From positions 138,295 through 202,294 of the IMG/VR virus record IMGVR_UViG_3300023174_000048: a DNA stretch of 64,000 nt; one strand, given 5' to 3'. The DNA comes from a virus (Duplodnaviria > Caudoviricetes). This document shows, piece after piece, positions 48,501-57,389 of this stretch (positions are counted from its first letter, which is position 1; every line of letters begins with the position of its first letter). Under the pieces are notes generated by a model. It was not told the DNA's origin. It saw only the letters and a list, made by a program, of their open reading frames with translations, and did no database searches. The position numbers were made by a program, and so were the translations under genes.

Positions 48501-50429
48501 AGATGCTGTTCCGGCCCCTCCATTATTCACAGTTAAGGTATTGGTAGTAAGACCTATTCTACTATCATTGCCTTGACAGAAAGTATTGGCTGTAGTACCG
48601 AAACTACCCGTAGTTAAAGCTCCTGCTGTTGTTGTTATGATTGGCAAATTAGCATTTGATCCGATAGCTCCAACATTACTTATATTCCCGTGAGTATGAC
48701 TTGCAGTAGCAAAACTACTAGAATTTAAAGAACTATCCTTAACAATCTTGCCTGTTGTTCCATCAAACATAGCAAAATTACCACTAGTAGCACTAGCTGG
48801 ACCAGTAACAAGAATACTAGAGTCAACAATATTAGTTTGAAGAATATTCCAATTACTACCAACGGATGCGTGAGTGCCAGCGGCAGTGCTGTCTGTTCCA
48901 CAAATTATTGTATCATTAACCTCTACTACTGGACCAGAAGCTCCACCAATTCTACCAGCAACGCTAATTTTATATACCCAACCTCTATCAGCAGCCGGAT
49001 AGTTGGGATTGGCTGAACAATCTATTGTTCCTTTGAAAATCATAGCGTCATTAATTGCTATACCACTGACTATAGCATTATCAACATATGTTTTAACAGC
49101 ATCAGCTCTTGGTAATGCTGATGATCCGCCAGTTAATGTTGTTTCAACACTATAAGGAGCTGATATTGCGCTAGTTCCATTACCAACAAGAATATTGTTA
49201 GCTGTTAATGTTGTTGCTCCAGTACCACCTTTATCTACAGCGATTGTGGATGCTCTCCATTCTCCATTAGTTATAGCAGCTACTCCAACAAGATCAAAAG
49301 TTATTCTGAATGGAGCAGATGACGTGTCACCGTGTAATCCTGCTAAAAAATATCCAGAAGATACACCTTGTTGACCAGTATAATAATCAAAATAGTTATC
49401 TCCACCGCCACCAATACTCAAAGATGGAATATTACTAAAAGACCCAGTATGAGATATATTTATTCTGTCGCCAAAAGTTTTTCTTCCATTTACAGTTTGA
49501 TTTCCTGTGGTTCTAACAACAGTACTATCACTAGTAGATACTTTACCATCTATTTGTGTCTGAATAGCACTAGTAACACCTTTTACATATGCTAATTCTG
49601 TTAATGATGGATATGTAGCTGTAGATAACGATGTAACATTTTTATTAGCGTCAAAACTTGCGATTGTGCTAGCTGTTTGATTAGCTATATTTAATCCGCT
49701 AGCAAAGATTCCGCTGCCATTAACATGAAGTTTTGCCGAAGGAGTTGAAATTCCAATACCAACATTGCCACTATCCTCTCTTACTGCTATTCTGGGACTA
49801 GCTAATGTTCCTCCGCCATAAGCATAATGAATTATACTATCTGATCCAAGCCAATACTCTGCAGCAATTGGAGTAGCAAGTCCATCAAATAATCCTGCTC
49901 CACTAGCTCCAGGTCCAAGTTGGTCTCCAAGTCTAAATCCTGATTGGTATCCTGTTCCAAATTCTGCATTGCCATCAAATGATTTAAAACCCGCCATTCT
50001 CTGTGCTCCTGTTGTTCTAATAACAGTACTATCAACAGCAATGCTATCAGCACTAACGCTTATCCCATCACCTTGTCCAATATTAAATGTTCTATCAGTA
50101 CTAAGATCAAGAGCCGCTGACCCAGCTAAGCCGCTTCCAGGAGTGATAGTTCTACTAGTATAAACTCCACTAGTTACTGTGCCAGCATTTCCTGTTATTG
50201 CTATTGGCCAGGTACCAGTGGCGTTAGTTCCACCTCTTAATGAATATGCTCCGCTACCACCAATAGCAGGAACAGACTGAGATACGCCACCGGTTCCGCT
50301 GCCGTAAGCATAATATAATATATTATCATTTTCATTAAAGGCTAATTCACCATTGTATAACGATGCTGATGATGGGGCGCCAGCTGATCCGCTTGATGGT
50401 CTTCTTTTAATTCTGATAGTATTAGCCAT
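45564..50429 (-). CDS. Long fibre protein (1621 aa)
   Basis: N-terminal IRIKRR..NGELAFNE, KQSVRVATTANITLSGTQTIDG..GDRVLVKDQ fibre domain, internal repeats and C-terminal DGGTF. Confidence 0.75.
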   Translation of the reverse strand: MANTIRIKRRPSSGSAGAPSSASLYNGELAFNENDNILYYAYGSGTGGVSQSVPAIGGSGAYSLRGGTNATGTWPIAITGNAGTVTSGVYTSRTITPGSGLAGSAALDLSTDRTFNIGQGDGISVSADSIAVDSTVIRTTGAQRMAGFKSFDGNAEFGTGYQSGFRLGDQLGPGASGAGLFDGLATPIAAEYWLGSDSIIHYAYGGGTLASPRIAVREDSGNVGIGISTPSAKLHVNGSGIFASGLNIANQTASTIASFDANKNVTSLSTATYPSLTELAYVKGVTSAIQTQIDGKVSTSDSTVVRTTGNQTVNGRKTFGDRINISHTGSFSNIPSLSIGGGGDNYFDYYTGQQGVSSGYFLAGLHGDTSSAPFRITFDLVGVAAITNGEWRASTIAVDKGGTGATTLTANNILVGNGTSAISAPYSVETTLTGGSSALPRADAVKTYVDNAIVSGIAINDAMIFKGTIDCSANPNYPAADRGWVYKISVAGRIGGASGPVVEVNDTIICGTDSTAAGTHASVGSNWNILQTNIVDSSILVTGPASATSGNFAMFDGTTGKIVKDSSLNSSSFATASHTHGNISNVGAIGSNANLPIITTTAGALTTGSFGTTANTFCQGNDSRIGLTTNTLTVNNGGAGTASSFTFNGNTAQTISYNSIGAPSISGTNATGTWGISINGNAATVTSGVYTSRTLTAGSGLVGGGDLSSDKIFDIGQGDGISVTADTIAVDSTVVRTTGNQTLGGTLTVNGGTITVSGVTLDTTELGRIDGITTVGTVQANKVVTADANRDVSNFRNVSIGGNLTVTGTGLVASNINDFNTAVRTNRLDQMAVPTASVSMNSQALTNVLDPTNPQDAATKAYVDAARSGLDVKQSVRVATTANITLSGTQTIDGVVLSAGDRVLVKDQSTGSQNGIYVVAAGAWSRATDADLDAEVTAGMFTFVAEGTTNADSGWVLTTNDSITLGTTALAFAQFSGAGQITAGSGLTKSGNTLGLATAYGDTVNPYGSKTANTVLAAPNGSSGAPSFRALVSSDIPQLGSITNAGAIGSTANLPIITTTAGALTTGNFGSTANTFCQGNDSRLSDTRNTTNSITINNGGAGDSSSFTFNGSAARTISYNSIGSPSISGTNATGTWNISISGNAATVTSGVYTSGSYADPTWISSLAKSKVGLSNVTNDAQIKKLASSTNGNIPIWNGTTGDALSDGYSVQTTLSSSSTAIPRADAVITYVDSLLAANDAMIFKGTIGGGTPGTLPTGTISAGWTYRVVATGTYAGVVCEIGDLIIGVADAAGNVNSTWTVAQTNIDGAVVGPASSTDNALAVYNGATGKLIKNSSFVPTTVGGNLINLTNPSAITFPKINADNTVSTESNSTYRTSLGATTVGSNFFTLTNPSAVSFIRVNADNTVTSRSASELKTDLSLDNVQNTALSTWAGSTNITTLGTIGTGTWSATTIAANKGGTGQSSYAVGDLLYADTSSTLAKLADVATGNALLAGGVGVAPSWGKIGLTTHVTGTLPVANGGTGDTTYTNGQLLIGNSTGNTLTKATLTQGTAIDITNSTGSITIGHNDTSTLSGAQGSNGIASFTVDGMGHVTAVTTATYLTAATVCASIVDCSLDGGTF

Positions 50430-50463
50430 TATTAATATTCCTTAAGAGAGAGAGATTAAAACT

Positions 50464-50472
50464 ATATACACC
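50464..50472 (-). promoter_or_regulatory. Putative late-promoter motif (GGTGTATAT)
   Basis: 35 nt upstream of ATG 50429. Confidence 0.6.
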
Positions 50473-50481
50473 TATATTTTA

Positions 50482-51183
50482 TTAAATAATTCCTCCATCA
50501 ATACTACCAGAATTGGTCCACATAGACGAGGAACTATCATATTTTAATAAGTCTGTATTTTTTTCATTATCAATGTCTATTCCATTTAATTCTTTTAATT
50601 TTGGATTTATAAATGGCCTAGTTAATATGCTTCCGTTAATGTTGCTGTATAATATCAAACCAACTAAAATAATATTATATTTGGGTTTAACATTTGTCAG
50701 CTTTCCATAGTCATATCTATTTACATATAATATATCTCCATTAGACCATGATTCATTTCCGATAGCCAAATTGCTTATATTTCCAGTAGTGTCTATTCCA
50801 GATAAAACCCCAAATAATATTACATATCCTGAAGATCCATTAGGAATATATGACGATGATAATCCTAAAAATTTTTTTTCATTTAAAGTATTGTTTGCAA
50901 TATATAGTCCAACATAAGGCAAATTACTAACAGAATCATATCCAGATATATAAACAGCCTGTCCTTTATTAATAGCATAGCCAGTATTGTTTTTAACCTC
51001 AAGAACATTTTCTGAAGATCCTATATATTTTAGATTATTCCAAGTATCACTACCATTACCTATTTTGAGCTTATTAGTATCTATTTCAAATCCAAGTTCT
51101 CCAATAGACAAAATAGGATTTATTAACATCCATTCACTAGATGATCCTCTTCTTACTTGAATCAAATGGCTTTGTGCAGGCAT
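50482..51183 (-). CDS. Mtd_N/hyaluronidase-like N-terminal domain protein (fibre adaptor)
   Basis: IQVRRGSSSEW..NPILSIGELGFEIDTNKLKIGNGSDTWNNLKY; ends IDGGII. Confidence 0.7.
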   Translation of the reverse strand: MPAQSHLIQVRRGSSSEWMLINPILSIGELGFEIDTNKLKIGNGSDTWNNLKYIGSSENVLEVKNNTGYAINKGQAVYISGYDSVSNLPYVGLYIANNTLNEKKFLGLSSSYIPNGSSGYVILFGVLSGIDTTGNISNLAIGNESWSNGDILYVNRYDYGKLTNVKPKYNIILVGLILYSNINGSILTRPFINPKLKELNGIDIDNEKNTDLLKYDSSSSMWTNSGSIDGGII

Positions 51184-51509
51184 TAGGGGCTTCCTCCGTC
51201 AATAAGAGCAGGCCCAACAAGAGTTATATGGTATTGTAAAATATGATTTTGCATAGAAGTGGTTGATGACTGATCGACATAATCTGTTAAGCCACTAACT
51301 CTAGTATAAGGAAGATCTCCGATAGTATTTTCTATAGGATATCCATAAGGCAAATCACTAGCTAATATTTTTTCAGTATTAACTATGTTAATAGTGTTAT
51401 TATATTGATGTTCAACTGTTATATTATCAGTAACAGTATCTAATATGCTTGTTTCTATCTCAATAGTATTAGCTACTGGCTCTAAAATTTCAAGTATAAA
51501 ATCACTCAT
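51183..51509 (-). CDS. Small virion protein ending in DGG
   Basis: 108 aa, acidic and beta-rich; ends LIDGGSP. Confidence 0.5.
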   Translation of the reverse strand: MSDFILEILEPVANTIEIETSILDTVTDNITVEHQYNNTINIVNTEKILASDLPYGYPIENTIGDLPYTRVSGLTDYVDQSSTTSMQNHILQYHITLVGPALIDGGSP

Positions 51510-51908
51510 TTAGCACACTAGTTGGTTTAAAGATTGACTAAATCGTTTAACAAAAGATATTGTTCCAAACAATAATCTTATAGTATATTTTCCTCCACTA
51601 GCATATAAATCATCTGGGCTTTGTAATTCTAAATCATATTTAGCCATACTAAAAGTATAAGTATTAGTGACTGATGCGGGAATCATAAGAGTTAATTTGC
51701 CATTAACTCCATCTATAGTAAATTTATATAAACTATAATCTGTATTTTTAGAGCTAAAAGTTTGAGAAGCATTAGTATTGGTTTTCCAGATTAATCGGGC
51801 ACACCAATTAGTTAAATTTATAGGATTTCCATTAGAATCTTTATAAACTAGACTAATTTTAAATGATGTACCTTGCTCTATAGCAAAATCATATTTACTT
51901 GCTGCCAT
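51510..51908 (-). CDS. BppU-like adaptor protein
   Basis: YDFAIEQGTSF..YKDSNGNPINLT..KYDLEL. Paralog of the N-terminus of 34915..35913. Confidence 0.6.
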   Translation of the reverse strand: MAASKYDFAIEQGTSFKISLVYKDSNGNPINLTNWCARLIWKTNTNASQTFSSKNTDYSLYKFTIDGVNGKLTLMIPASVTNTYTFSMAKYDLELQSPDDLYASGGKYTIRLLFGTISFVKRFSQSLNQLVC

Positions 51909-51942
51909 AGTATTTACCCATTAGTGTTAGTGGTACAATAAG

Positions 51943-51951
51943 TAATACACC
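51943..51951 (-). promoter_or_regulatory. Putative late-promoter motif (GGTGTATTA)
   Basis: Immediately after the MCP terminator, 35 nt upstream of ATG 51908. Confidence 0.6.
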
Positions 51952-51955
51952 TAAT

Positions 51956-51984
51956 AAAAAAGGCCAGCCGCGAGGCCAGCCTTT
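51956..51984 (-). terminator. Intrinsic terminator after the major capsid gene
   Basis: AAAGGCUGGCC-UCGC-GGCUGGCCUUU followed by further U residues. Confidence 0.8.
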
Positions 51985-52015
51985 CTTATTTTGGTTATTA
52001 GAACCAGTTTAATAA

Positions 52016-53035
52016 TTAGAGAGCGCCAACAAGTACTCTACGATTATCAAGAACAGCAAAGCCAAGCTCTGCCCAGCCGTAGAAACCGGCTCTCTTCTGA
52101 CGATGTAGTGTTTCGTCTTCAAAGATTTGAACTTCTTGACGAATTGGCATTATGAAACTGTCTCTCTTGCGTTGATCAAGACCAACTACAATCTCAGTCT
52201 TGCCTCCTGGCATTGAGGCACCCAGGCCACCAGAAGCAGAACTGTAGAATAGTTGATACTGTTGACCAACACCTAGTTCGTCAAGGTCGTGAAGGTTAAC
52301 GCCGAATACTCTATTGATAGCGCCATCATTGGCAGTATAGATTTCTCTGCGTGTTACTTCGTCAACTTGATCGATACCCCAGTTACGAATATCTTCCATG
52401 GCCTCTGGACTAACGTAAAGATCAGTTAGTAAGCCTCTATTGTTTGATGTGCTGTTACCACCACCGTTACGACGCATAACAGTTTTCATGAGACTCACTA
52501 AACGCTTTGTGAACTGACTAGCATTAGCATCACTATCATATACTACGATATTGCGATCAACACCAGCAGCAAGTAGTGTGTGCCAACCATCATCATTCAT
52601 CTTCTTTACGAAAGAAGCTTCGAGAACTTCCATAGCACGACCAACAACGTCCCAGCGGGCGTCACGAGCATACTTTAGAAGATAGTCGATACTAGCACCA
52701 ACGTCATAGGTTGGAACCATGACGTAATCGCCTTCAACATGGCGCTCTGGAATGTAGCCATGATTTGGGATTGTATAGGCAACGAAGTCTTTTTCTGTGC
52801 CTGGAGCTAAGAAATCGAGTGGGAATTCTGGAGTAGCACTTTGAGCTAATTGGATTGGCTCGAAGATACCATCAAGAACATCGCCACTAAGAATACCCTT
52901 ACGAAGAGGAAGCTCAAGAGCTTTTGCAAATTCTGCATTAGCAGCAAGAGCGGTCTCTCTGTTGGCCGAACCAGAACGCATTAGAAGGTCTGTTAATTCT
53001 GGTGTTGGCTGAAATCTTTCGGTTTTAGCTGACAT
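52016..53035 (-). CDS. Major capsid protein (HK97-fold, inferred)
   Basis: 339 aa after protease and decoration genes and followed by a strong terminator. DLYVSPEAMEDIR and GFYGWAELGFAVLD motifs. Confidence 0.8.
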   Translation of the reverse strand: MSAKTERFQPTPELTDLLMRSGSANRETALAANAEFAKALELPLRKGILSGDVLDGIFEPIQLAQSATPEFPLDFLAPGTEKDFVAYTIPNHGYIPERHVEGDYVMVPTYDVGASIDYLLKYARDARWDVVGRAMEVLEASFVKKMNDDGWHTLLAAGVDRNIVVYDSDANASQFTKRLVSLMKTVMRRNGGGNSTSNNRGLLTDLYVSPEAMEDIRNWGIDQVDEVTRREIYTANDGAINRVFGVNLHDLDELGVGQQYQLFYSSASGGLGASMPGGKTEIVVGLDQRKRDSFIMPIRQEVQIFEDETLHRQKRAGFYGWAELGFAVLDNRRVLVGAL

Positions 53036-53064
53036 GTGTTTTTCTCCCTTTATTTAAAAATGAA

Positions 53065-53541
53065 TTATAGGTTAACTGATACTTTGGCATAACCGTCGGC
53101 GTCTTTGGCACTTAGGAACTGGCCAATCTTAACAGCGTTAGTTGAGCTTGTTCCAATTAGACCGCTGACACCAACATAAGCATCAGCACCAGCAGATGGT
53201 GTTGTGCCTGCAACTAGTTGATTTGTGGTTACTTGACCTACTCGAAGTAGGGTTACCTTTCCACCAACTTGTGTTTCGTCTTTGTGCCAATTGATATGTT
53301 GTCTTGTTAGATCAAGATTAACAACATCATTTAGTAGAATGCCTACTGGCTTAGCGCCAGAAGCAACAGCAGCATATGCTACGACAGCATTGCCATCATC
53401 CATTGAAACGCCAACGCCGCTAGTAGCTGTTACAACACTAGCAACACCACCACGCTCAACATAAGTTGAACCAGCTGGGATAGATGTCATGAAGAATGAA
53501 ACGTCAGTTAAAAGTTCGATACGATCTGGTTTTAGAGCCAT
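53065..53541 (-). CDS. Putative head decoration/cement protein
   Basis: 158 aa between protease and MCP; KPVGILLNDVV..GGKVTLLRVG. Confidence 0.6.
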   Translation of the reverse strand: MALKPDRIELLTDVSFFMTSIPAGSTYVERGGVASVVTATSGVGVSMDDGNAVVAYAAVASGAKPVGILLNDVVNLDLTRQHINWHKDETQVGGKVTLLRVGQVTTNQLVAGTTPSAGADAYVGVSGLIGTSSTNAVKIGQFLSAKDADGYAKVSVNL

Positions 53542-53575
53542 TGTAATTTCTCCGTATTTAGTTGGTTATTACTTA

Positions 53576-55105
53576 TTAGTTTTTCTTGCCTAGTTTACTT
53601 GATACAAATTCGACCAATGCTGCTCTAGTTGATTCTAGTGCAGATTCTACATCGCTACTGCCAACACCTAGATTAATATTAGCTTCAACCTCGGCTGTTT
53701 CTAATACCGATGGATCTGCTTCAACGACAGCTTCTTCTGATGCTGTTTTGCGCATCATCATAGCTTTGTCATCTTTCTTTTTGAACTTCTCTAACCAAGG
53801 TGGTAACTTACCAGCAAAAAGTGAAGTCATGGCTTCAAAAGCCTCATCATCCAAACTTTCGAATTTGTCAACTGTTGCTTCGGCTGATTCACTATCAATG
53901 CCAGCCTCAATTAAATTGGCCATTCTTTTCATCTTCTTTTCTTTCTTCATCATAGCCTCTTCTTTAGCAACGTATTCTGCGATAGTTGTAAGAGCAGCTT
54001 CTAATTCAGCCTTAGATTTCTTCATCATATCTTCTTCTTTTTTCATCTGCTCTTCGGTCTTTTTAGCTGCTTCTGATTTGATTTGTTCAATTTCAGCTTG
54101 AAGTGCCTGATTAGCAACAGTTAGCTCTTCAATTTTGGATGTTAATTCAGCAGCATTTACTTCAGCAACTTGAACTTCTTCTGTTGCTGTTTCTACTGCT
54201 ACTTCTGCTACTGTTGGAACTTCTTTTGTTTCCATCTCTACTTCTGTATTAGCTGAACTCATAATTAAAGTCTCCGATTGTATATTGGATTGAAAATTAA
54301 ATACACCTGAATTGACAATTTCTTCATTTTTTTCTTCAATATTATCATTACTAGTAACTGTATTTACTGGAACTATTATATTTTTAGAAAAAATAACACT
54401 ATCTTCATTAGCTGGTCTGTTCACAAAACCCTTACCTGTAAAGGTTATATTTCTTAAAACTCGACCAATTTTATAGTTCTCGTGTTCTCCGACTCCCCCA
54501 TAAGATCTTAAAAATTTTGTTAAATATGCTGTATCTTCATTGCGTCCAAGAACATGATATTGACCAGTACTATTATCTAGTAGACCATAATCAAATCCCT
54601 TAAAAAAACATTCCATACTAACATATTTAGTTCCGTCTTCTATTTCTGATATTAATTTCATGGATCTTTCGCGTAAATCTTCGTCGCTAAAACCCCTATA
54701 TATAACTGATCCTGTTAAAATATGATATTTCTCAGGAAGATTCTCTATTGGAGTATTTTCATCAATTAAAATACCATCTTCTGTGATGGGCCAATTAGAA
54801 ACAATATGACCGATAATAGAGTGTTCGTCATGTTCAAGATTAGTAGGTTTATGCTCTGGAGTATTTTTAGCATTCCATACTTCTACTTTGTCAAAAATAT
54901 CATCATTTTTATTCCAGGATGACGAAACTAAAATAGATTGAACATAATATAAATCTTCATCATCAAACGACGCTATGCTTTTAAAGTATTTTGAATCTTT
55001 TTTGGAGCCGCCATATGGCTCAACAACACAAGCATATGATATAGAAGCAGAGGCCTTAAGAGACTCCTCTAATCCATCAAGTTTTTCTTGCTCATATATT
55101 TTCAT
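53576..55105 (-). CDS. Prohead protease with C-terminal scaffold
   Basis: NLEH..IIGHI and YVSMEC (His/Ser) in the N-half; E/K/A/M-rich coiled coil in the C-half. Confidence 0.7.
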   Translation of the reverse strand: MKIYEQEKLDGLEESLKASASISYACVVEPYGGSKKDSKYFKSIASFDDEDLYYVQSILVSSSWNKNDDIFDKVEVWNAKNTPEHKPTNLEHDEHSIIGHIVSNWPITEDGILIDENTPIENLPEKYHILTGSVIYRGFSDEDLRERSMKLISEIEDGTKYVSMECFFKGFDYGLLDNSTGQYHVLGRNEDTAYLTKFLRSYGGVGEHENYKIGRVLRNITFTGKGFVNRPANEDSVIFSKNIIVPVNTVTSNDNIEEKNEEIVNSGVFNFQSNIQSETLIMSSANTEVEMETKEVPTVAEVAVETATEEVQVAEVNAAELTSKIEELTVANQALQAEIEQIKSEAAKKTEEQMKKEEDMMKKSKAELEAALTTIAEYVAKEEAMMKKEKKMKRMANLIEAGIDSESAEATVDKFESLDDEAFEAMTSLFAGKLPPWLEKFKKKDDKAMMMRKTASEEAVVEADPSVLETAEVEANINLGVGSSDVESALESTRAALVEFVSSKLGKKN

Positions 55106-55127
55106 ATTATTTAACCTTTTATTTTGG

Positions 55128-57332
55128 TTAGTTATCTATTTCGTTATACACCATAGAATAAAAAGAGGCTTTTGCTTGTTTAGTTTCATCGACAGATAAT
55201 TCTCTGCCAAGATCTGACTGTAATGCTTTTAACCACATATAGTATTGATTAAGATTAGTACTATTATCTTGTGCAGATGCTAAGTGGCCGGTGATTGAGT
55301 CTTCTCCTATTGAAGAAAATGGACTAATAGATAATAATATATTGGTTTTAATATCTTCTAGTTTTTGTGATTCTAAATGACTCAAGCTTCTTAGGTTCTT
55401 CTTCTGGAAAAACTCTAATATTATTGGATTAATTATTTCACTTATTTTATCTTGTGCTCCAGAAGCCCATAGTGATAGCTTTGCACCAGTTTGAGGAGAG
55501 AACTTTTTGGTTTGTCTTTTTTCACTATCTTTAGATAATTTTGGGCGACCAGCTCCAGGCTGTTTTGGTAGCGAGGAATCTTTGGGTTGTGGTGCTCCTC
55601 CACCAAATGGAGTTGATGGAACCTTCATTTCTAATGCAGATTTTTCCCCACCTTTTTTCTTATCTAATTCTAAACCAACCTGACTTGGGGCAACGACTCC
55701 TGTTTGTAATGCTATTTTCTTTAATGAATTCTCAAACTGAGGATCAAACCATGGACCGGATTTAGCAACCATTCTATTGCTATCTCTTTCTCGACTTTCT
55801 CTATTGAGCCTGCTCTTCTCCATGTCAGGATCAAAGCCAAATCGAGTTTGTAATAATTCATCACTAATAAGATTACGATCTGCTAATTGAACTAATAAAG
55901 CTTTCTCGGTATCTTCATTACTAAGATCCATTCTATCAAATTCAATTTTAGCTGGAAATTTAAAACCCATAGCCTTCTGAACAATAGCAATTTCTTCTTC
56001 CCAGAATTCTATTAATCTATCTCTACCATACTGCAGTCTTTGAGTTAGTGTCTTTAAGCTAATAAAGTTATTTGTTGTCCCTGCTGCACCAAATGTTCCA
56101 GTTAATGTCGGTGGAATGCCCAAACCAGCATATATTGCATTAAGGTGTGGAATATATTTACCTTCTCCCAAGAAATTATGAACATTAGTATTACTTTCCA
56201 TTAATTCAATATCTGGTCCCCAAATCAAATCCATAGTTCCTCCACCAACGTTATTACCAAGAATTTGGGCAAGCTTGGATGTTGCCGCTTTTGTTGGAGC
56301 AATCTTGTGTTCTAAGCTTCCTAATTTAAAAATTCTAATATTACTAATAGCGCCATCAAGAGCCGCCATATCAGCTAATTTAAGCTTTTCCACAACTGTT
56401 ATATCGTCCATGATTGCATAAATCATAGGATATGCCCACGCTTGCCAATCGTCTTTTTTGTAGTGGAACACTAATGTCTTATCATGATCAAGAGGATATG
56501 GTTTTTTATTTTTAGCAGCTTCAATTATTTGCGATGGCAAACTATTAACAACTTTTTTCTCATTTTCTGTTTTAGGATTATTGATAATTCTACGTAATGT
56601 TGCTGGTAGAATTAATTCATATGTTTTATCATTTTCATTTAAAAAAGAAGAAAGTGCTCCTGCTGATACCTCTACGCAAATAGGATCTATAAAAGTATAC
56701 TTCCATGGGATTTCTCTTTTTTCTACAGTAACCTCTGGCAGATCATTCAGCTGCATATCTGCTGTTCCAAGGGCTTTATATAGTTTATCAGCAACTTTTA
56801 TACTTATCTTTGCTGTTCGTCTATCTATAACTAGATTGCCACTCTTATAAAGATTATTAAGAAATCTTTCACTACGATCCTTGCCATTTATTTTTTTAAA
56901 CCATCTTCTATAAAATCTTTCTATTCTTTTATTTCTATGAACTAATCGTATTCCTTGACTAGCAAAATCACCCATAAGATCTATTACATTTTTTACTAAG
57001 CCTACTCTTTGGTAAACTCTTTCTGCTCTTTGCAAGATCATTTTGATCTCGTTAGGAGGAGCTTCTTGTGGTCTAAATGTATAGTAATCGTCTTTTGTTA
57101 ATCCTGGGCGACTTCCAGTAAGACCGTCTAAACTAGAAAAATCAAGACTATATCTTCTTCCTCCTGCGGCAGTTGCTCTTTCTACCAGAGTAAATTCATC
57201 TAGTGATGCTCCAGCAATTTTTAAGGCTTCTTGTTTGCTAGATAAATCGTCCCCCCATGTTACATAAGCTTCTGGTGGTGCAGTGTTGGATGTTCCTAGT
57301 ACTTCCTCTTTTGTTCTTTTTTTATTGGCCAT
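55128..57332 (-). CDS. Portal protein
   Basis: 734 aa between TerL and protease; YQRVGLVKNVIDLMGDF..GIRL and GIPPTLTG motifs. Confidence 0.8.
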   Translation of the reverse strand: MANKKRTKEEVLGTSNTAPPEAYVTWGDDLSSKQEALKIAGASLDEFTLVERATAAGGRRYSLDFSSLDGLTGSRPGLTKDDYYTFRPQEAPPNEIKMILQRAERVYQRVGLVKNVIDLMGDFASQGIRLVHRNKRIERFYRRWFKKINGKDRSERFLNNLYKSGNLVIDRRTAKISIKVADKLYKALGTADMQLNDLPEVTVEKREIPWKYTFIDPICVEVSAGALSSFLNENDKTYELILPATLRRIINNPKTENEKKVVNSLPSQIIEAAKNKKPYPLDHDKTLVFHYKKDDWQAWAYPMIYAIMDDITVVEKLKLADMAALDGAISNIRIFKLGSLEHKIAPTKAATSKLAQILGNNVGGGTMDLIWGPDIELMESNTNVHNFLGEGKYIPHLNAIYAGLGIPPTLTGTFGAAGTTNNFISLKTLTQRLQYGRDRLIEFWEEEIAIVQKAMGFKFPAKIEFDRMDLSNEDTEKALLVQLADRNLISDELLQTRFGFDPDMEKSRLNRESRERDSNRMVAKSGPWFDPQFENSLKKIALQTGVVAPSQVGLELDKKKGGEKSALEMKVPSTPFGGGAPQPKDSSLPKQPGAGRPKLSKDSEKRQTKKFSPQTGAKLSLWASGAQDKISEIINPIILEFFQKKNLRSLSHLESQKLEDIKTNILLSISPFSSIGEDSITGHLASAQDNSTNLNQYYMWLKALQSDLGRELSVDETKQAKASFYSMVYNEIDN
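55144..55152 (-). promoter_or_regulatory. Putative late-promoter motif (GGTGTATAA)
   Basis: In the last codons of portal, 39 nt upstream of the protease ATG. Confidence 0.55.
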
Positions 57333-57380
57333 AATTTTTAATTCTAATGTAATGGGATTGTAAAGAAATTACTAGATTAG

Positions 57381-57389
57381 TAATACACT
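57381..57389 (-). promoter_or_regulatory. Putative late-promoter motif (AGTGTATTA)
   Basis: Directly after the TerL stop, 49 nt upstream of the portal ATG. Confidence 0.55.
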
